64,000 nucleotides of DNA, from the NCBI GenBank assembly GCA_040285825.1, contig JAUPSS010000010.1:310001-374000 (forward strand), given 5' to 3'. The stretch is from Eukaryota sp. TZLM1-RC. Taxonomy: Eukaryota; Protista; Metamonada: BaSk clade. Made by a program: the position numbers and the translations under genes. Shown here piece after piece: positions 58,176-64,000 of this stretch (position 1 is the first letter of the stretch; each line of letters begins with the position of its first letter). The notes beneath the pieces are model-generated. The model ran no database searches, was not told where the DNA came from, and saw nothing but the letters and a program-made list of their open reading frames with translations.

Positions 58176-60668
58176 TTAAACTAAACCTACATTTTCAAAA
58201 TCTTCCAGTGCCTCTTGAGTTTTTGATATTCCTAAAACAGCCAGTTTAAATCTAGAAAAAGCAAACAAAGAAGGTTTCACACAAAGAGAAATTGATATAC
58301 AAAAAAACATTAAAAAGCACAAGTAAATCAACACAATATTGAATTCCTTATCTGCAACTAGTGGAGTAGGATGAGTTAAAGAAGGAAATTGTTCTGAATC
58401 CTTCAAAAAATCACGATGCCACAAACGATTAGATTTAACCAAATAATTGTAAATCATATTAACTCTAATGATCTTTGGAAACCATTCAGTTTCAGTAGTT
58501 ATTGCATCTGGATGAGTAAAAGTTGGATGAGGTCGCATCAACTCCAACCTAGTGCTACCAGACCAATCAACCCGGACTATACTATCAGGTAATCCAAGTT
58601 CAGCACCAAGTGATATTAAAGATAAACTTTTTCTGGTATCATCATTGACTTTGCTATTCAAAAGTGATCGTCCCATTGAATAAGAAACCTCATCACCAGA
58701 ACCTGTCAAATCAGCAATAGTGGCAACCATATCAAGAGCCGAAACTGCTCTGTAATCCCTAGTTCCAGCTTTGGGAATGCCTAATTTACGTCGTTGATCA
58801 TCATCACCTAAATAAGCTAAAACTGCTGAAGTATAAAATACAAGGTCGTTATCAAAGGGGGATTGGGGACAATCAGGACAGTTAGGGGTTAGTTTTGGAA
58901 CTTTATAGGCGGCATGGTCCCCCATAATAATAACTACTGTATTTGAGTTATTTCTAGAATTAATATATTCCAGCATTTTTTCAACTAAATATTTGTCTGA
59001 ATACTGAGTTGCTCTAAATAAACGTTTGGCCTTGGTCTCTGGCCATGGTGAACCAACAATTTCAGGATCATCAAAAGTAGTGAAGGGATTGTGAGTTGAA
59101 ATAGAAGTCACCCAATTGAAAATAGGTCTATTTGGATAGGTTTTAGAAATCTTATCAGTCCGTTCCTTAACATGATCAACCAGAATCCGGTCATTATTCC
59201 AAATTTTGGCGAATTTTTGACCTAATGGGCTTGGATAATCAGCTGCTTTTTCAGTATTGGCATATTTGAAATAAACATCATCAATATCACTTCGATCGAG
59301 CCAAGAATCCTTACCATCAAAGTTAGGGTTAGCAGAAGAAGTGTATAACGTGGCATAATTGGCTTTGCTTCGCTTAATTACATCAAAAATACTATCAGTT
59401 TCAACTCCCAAAGTGTCAATGATAGTGTTGCCATGGCTTAGGGGTAAAGCTTGATTAAAGATTGACCAAAAAGAATTAGCAGTAGGACAAGCATTACTTA
59501 CTAATTCATGGTACAAAACACCATGTTCTTTGAAAAGCTTTTTTAAATTGGGCGTCGCATCATCAAGCAAAGGATTATCAACAGCTGAATTAATGGTTCC
59601 AGTCAAGCATTCCCAAACAATGAAGAAAACATCAGGTCTTTCTTGAGGAGGTATGACGTCATCAATCACCTCATCTTTTTGACCTTCTTTCTGGCACTCA
59701 GAATCATCAGGATTGAACTGACAAAACTTTTCAAAATCACCATGAACTAATGGAAAGTCATTGGAAATCCAATATTGATCTTTGGGAAGTTGGAAAAAGT
59801 CTCTGATAAGTTCGACATCTTCTTCGTAATTTGATTGAGGATATGCTGGTGAGGAGAAAAGGAAATGAGCATCAGCAATCTTGGTTGCTACATGAATTGG
59901 TTCGTGGGAGTTACGCAAGTAAAAACTAGAAGGAAGTAATAAATAGATAAAGGAAATTCCAACAATTAAATAAAAACAAACCTTAGAAATTGAGATAAAT
60001 ATTTTAAATTTTCGTAGATTACTGGACAAAATTTGACATAATACAATCACTACAACAGCTTTGAGTAAAGCTTTTGTCAATTGATCAGTTATTTCAGGGG
60101 AATAGGACCTAGCGATATAAATTGAATCAAAAATAACTGAAAAGGGACTTCCACCAGTGCCACTTGATGAGTATGCTTGTAAAGTACTGGGGGTCAGTTT
60201 CTGACCGGCAGTTAACGAGAAGATGACGTCAGCAATGGGTAAAATTAGAACTGCGAGAGAGAAAATGTAGAAGAAGATGTAGAAACCAATTGAGTGAATG
60301 GAAGTTAATCTAAAGAAGAGGAATATGGCAAAGTATATAAGAACGTACAGAGCCACAGCATTGAATACCCAGGATTGGTAGAAGGGAAACAGATTGTAGG
60401 TGAAATACTTGTGCACTATGCGTCCAGAGAGCCCAAAAAGACCAAGGAAAGAGAGATGGCTAATGAATAGTCTAGAGAGAAGAACAGACATGAGTGGGAG
60501 AACAAAATCATAAGAGAACAATGACTTACTGTTGAATGGGGAACTGGGAGAACTATGGTTGACATTGCAAGACTTCTTTGGTGACAAAAGACGGGACAGT
60601 AGGTGTAGAGGTGCAACAATGGTTGTAGACAGTCGACGTAGTAACCTAGAGGGAGGTATGGTTCTCAT
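58176..60668 (-). CDS. LtaS/OpgB-like membrane phosphotransferase, paralog of 44902-47436
   Basis: RPDVFFIVWEC, CPTANSFWS, STHNPF, YSD, MGDH; same topology as the paralog. Confidence 0.85.
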   Translation of the reverse strand: MRTIPPSRLLRRLSTTIVAPLHLLSRLLSPKKSCNVNHSSPSSPFNSKSLFSYDFVLPLMSVLLSRLFISHLSFLGLFGLSGRIVHKYFTYNLFPFYQSWVFNAVALYVLIYFAIFLFFRLTSIHSIGFYIFFYIFSLAVLILPIADVIFSLTAGQKLTPSTLQAYSSSGTGGSPFSVIFDSIYIARSYSPEITDQLTKALLKAVVVIVLCQILSSNLRKFKIFISISKVCFYLIVGISFIYLLLPSSFYLRNSHEPIHVATKIADAHFLFSSPAYPQSNYEEDVELIRDFFQLPKDQYWISNDFPLVHGDFEKFCQFNPDDSECQKEGQKDEVIDDVIPPQERPDVFFIVWECLTGTINSAVDNPLLDDATPNLKKLFKEHGVLYHELVSNACPTANSFWSIFNQALPLSHGNTIIDTLGVETDSIFDVIKRSKANYATLYTSSANPNFDGKDSWLDRSDIDDVYFKYANTEKAADYPSPLGQKFAKIWNNDRILVDHVKERTDKISKTYPNRPIFNWVTSISTHNPFTTFDDPEIVGSPWPETKAKRLFRATQYSDKYLVEKMLEYINSRNNSNTVVIIMGDHAAYKVPKLTPNCPDCPQSPFDNDLVFYTSAVLAYLGDDDQRRKLGIPKAGTRDYRAVSALDMVATIADLTGSGDEVSYSMGRSLLNSKVNDDTRKSLSLISLGAELGLPDSIVRVDWSGSTRLELMRPHPTFTHPDAITTETEWFPKIIRVNMIYNYLVKSNRLWHRDFLKDSEQFPSLTHPTPLVADKEFNIVLIYLCFLMFFCISISLCVKPSLFAFSRFKLAVLGISKTQEALEDFENVGLV

Positions 60669-61599
60669 TGTATTGAGAATAATATAATGAACATTAAATT
60701 TCCTATTTGTGAGAGACTCTAATGTTTTCCAACCAAATCCAGAAACAGAAAATAAGTTGTTGATTCGAACCCGTGACTACCACAACTTCCTCCAAAACAC
60801 ACTCTTACAACATCAACAGTAGGTTTTACCAAGTTCGAACAAAGTTGACTTATTCAATGTATTCAAGCCTTCGGTTTCGTTTGTAGAAAAATTGAGTATT
60901 CAATTTAATACTTAATTGAATACTTAATACTTAATACTCAATTGAGTTATTCAACAATGGACCACAAATTGACGATAACTAATTTGTTATTGAAAATTGA
61001 TGATCTTGAACTTTCTTCGTTGATAAACAAAGAGAAGGGTTTCAGGGTGTTAGGCAAACACTACCAATTGGATGGTTGCAGTGCTCTCGGTATTTCCAAT
61101 TATGTTTTGTCAAGGATTGAAGATATGATAAAACATCTCCAGAATCAAGCATGATTACCCACTACTACGGCCAATGTCATTGAATTATGATTTTGACATT
61201 TATGCTGTTGTTTACCTGTAAATGAAATGCCGATCATATTTAGTGAAATTTCTATTACATCGATGATGACTAGATCGTGGAAATATTGGATAGGTGTGAC
61301 TGAAACCGTCAATGTGGATTACTTGTATTTAATCCAATACAAGAGTGGTTTTGCTGATTTCAATTTATACCATATTGAATAAAGACTGTCAAATTCAGAA
61401 ATACCCCATTTTCAAAAATTCTTTTGATTCCTAATATTGAAGTATATTTGAAACGATGGAACAAAAGATCCTTTTGGAAACGGAAATCTAAACCAATTGA
61501 AAATTTGGAAAAATTCTTTATCTGTTGAAGAAACAAATAGAATGATAAATACTCAATTTCGTAGGAAAAAGGGGGACAAAATATGAAAATGGTCAATCT

Positions 61600-62104
61600 T
61601 AAGAAAGAATCGGTACATTCATGGGAATGGTGAAAATAATTTCTGATTCACTTTCTTCTGGTGAATTTTCTGAATTTTTTTTAGTAATTAACTGCTTGGT
61701 TGTTGAAGGGACAGTTTTTCAGGTTGTAGAGCTTTAATTGTGTATTTGATTTTTTTTATTCGGTATTTGATAAATGAATAAAGTCTCTGAAAACAAGTTC
61801 CTGAACAAGTTTTATAATAATTTTTTTTCTGACAGTACGCGTGTTAGGTAGAAAGATAAGTAATCAGCTTGTGTTTGCACCAACTGTCTACACTCAAATG
61901 ATGTTGATTGATTGAATTCTACAAGTATTAATTTTTTAAGAGACCTTGAAAATGCTATTAATTGTTTGCCCTTAAAATTTGGAGTAAACTCTTTATCAAT
62001 AATGTACAGGAAATACCACCAAAAACACTAGGTCATTTGAAATATTTTTGAAATATTGTGTTGAAAAATTGCAGCAAAAATTAACAATAATTTTTGAAGG
62101 CACG
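61600..62104 (+). mobile_element. RLE non-LTR fragments
   Basis: KLQQKLTIIFEG motif; a 3' end with AATAAA near 61780. Confidence 0.6.
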
Positions 62105-64000
62105 TGTTGGGTTTTTACTGCACTTGTGAAAAGCATAATATACGAGGACATGAGTTTATTAATGCGAACAAGGAAAATCATCGGATAAATATACAATTAA
62201 TTAATTAAATCAATAACACGTCATCACTGAACTAACTACAGTAAACGGTTTAATTAGTCTGGTCCCGACTGATTTCCATAGTAGTTTTGAAGTCGACCAT
62301 ATAACTGTAACTGTGGGCCCGACTAAATTAAATCCCTACTATGTTCCATTTATTTCTATTAGTTTGGACCAGACTAATTCATCATGTAGTAAATTAGTCA
62401 GGATTACTATGAGATTACTATGGCCATATGCCAACACTTCCTCTTTTTTTCTTCCCACGGGTTTTCTTCCTAGGAACATCTTCGTGGAGCAGCATGAATC
62501 GTTTGTAGGCAGCGGTATTCTTGATTGAGTCTACTGGCTGTACAGTGCTGGTCCCGTCTGACCAGATTATAGTAGCTTCATTGTTTTCGATAGAATCAAT
62601 GGCATCTATGACATGCTCTCCTTTATCAGCGGCGACGTAGGAATCGAGAATTTCTGTAGGCAAGAAGAAAGTACAGGGTTTTACTAGGTGGAAAGAGGTC
62701 TTAAGTAAGTTCTTAGTGATGGGATTCTTCACTAGGATGGAGGAGTTGGTGAGTTGTTGTTCAACAATAAGGTCCTACAAAGTGGCCCTGAAGTTTGGCT
62801 GGTTTGTTTCGGAGGACGAACACACAATCACCAGGATCAAACATACTAGTTAGAAGGGCACTAGGTTCAAGGGCATACGAATCAAGTTCGATCCTATTCC
62901 AGAAATCGGTAAGAGCTTGAGTCAAGGAAGAAAGATGAACAAGGTAATCGGAAAGGTCTGGTTGATTAACAGGAGACTTGAGAGCTTCAAGCATCTCATA
63001 AGAAAGAAGTCGAGGAGAAGTATTTGTACCGGAGAGGTTCCAAGAGATTTCCTAGGGTGAGAGTTTACGATCAGCAAACAGATTGGTATATAATCTGACC
63101 AGTTCTGCAAAGTCAAGGAATAGTTTTCTCAAAGCTTGTAAAATAGTTCGATGCTGTCTTTCAACAAATTTGATTGATGGAAATGAGGTATATACAAAAT
63201 GTGCTCATTGTTAAGAAATTGGCATAAGAGAGAAAAGATCTTATTTGAAAATTTGGGTCCATTATCAGAATGAATCGAGCGAGGGGCTCCAAAGACGGAG
63301 AAGACGTGAGAGAAAATAGAATTAACCACAGTAAGAGCGGTTATGTCAGCAACAGGGACGAGGAATGAGAATTTCGAGAAAGCGTCTACAAAGTGAATGA
63401 CATACTTGTTAGCATAAGAGTCAACAGAGAGCGGACCGATAGTATTACAATAAAGACACTCAAAGAAGCGTTTCACTGAGTTGAGAGAGCCAGTAGAAAG
63501 GACATTGTTCTTAGGAATTGGAGTAGTTTTCTGACAAGGGATACATTCACTAATGTGAGAGATTAGGTCAGCCTTCATATCAGGCCAATGAAAGTCAAAA
63601 GCTTTTAATTTCTTCTACAGGAGGATGACCAGCTTTTACAGAATTATGAGCGAGAAGCAAAATTTCAGGACGGAGAGACAGAGGAATCAAGATCTTTGGC
63701 TGGAAGGAATTTAACATTTTTAAGCCGGTACTTCGGTGAACATAACAGTCAGCAAATAAAGAGTCGGAGTTAGACAGCTTCTGTTGTTCCTTCAAGATTA
63801 TGCTTAGGAACTTTAAACAAAGAGATGCATTCTGGTTGGATAGAAAAAACTTAGAGGATTTGGACTGTTGGGATTTAGAAGTGGCAGCAACCACACGAAA
63901 GGCAGTTTCTATGTCGATATCAGGAGAACTGGATACTTCGATGATTTCTTCGGTAATTCTAAGATCACGAGGAGGAGGCGAAGAATCTGATTGACCAAAT
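62105..64000 (-). mobile_element. Decayed Gypsy element (family C-like) 3' end: integrase, chromodomain-like tail, PPT and about 332-bp 3' LTR (62105-62436)
   Basis: HHCC, HSDNGP, GHFVGPY, IIWSDG; AAGAAAAAAAGAGGAAG precedes TGTTGG; LTR ends CCCAACA; runs off the window end. Confidence 0.82.

Overview
AT-rich, apparently intron-poor DNA from a microbial eukaryote (standard code), mostly nested retroelements with a few host-gene islands. It holds three near-complete Ty3/Gypsy chromovirus-like LTR retrotransposons: 358-7413 (+), 10947-18354 (-) and 33184-40358 (-). There is also a 1.1-kb Gag-only LTR element (41010-42109), two truncated elements that keep a 3' LTR, many fragments of RLE (CRE-like) non-LTR elements, and a MULE derivative with a nested hAT MITE. 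Host genes are PGM2, two LtaS/sulfatase-like membrane paralogs, a ParB/Srx-motif type II membrane protein and a split TPT/DMT transporter. The main discovery is at the 5' LTR/leader junction, where none of the four elements has a tRNA primer-binding site. All four, from three families with unrelated LTRs, instead carry the same covarying stem-loop: basal stem, internal loop, GC stem, 2-nt bulge, CA:TG pair, and an 8-nt palindrome exactly where the PBS should be. This suggests an undescribed tRNA-independent priming or dimerisation mechanism that differs from Tf1 self-priming. These elements also have 79-154 bp LTRs, 4-bp TSDs, and all insert into other retroelements.
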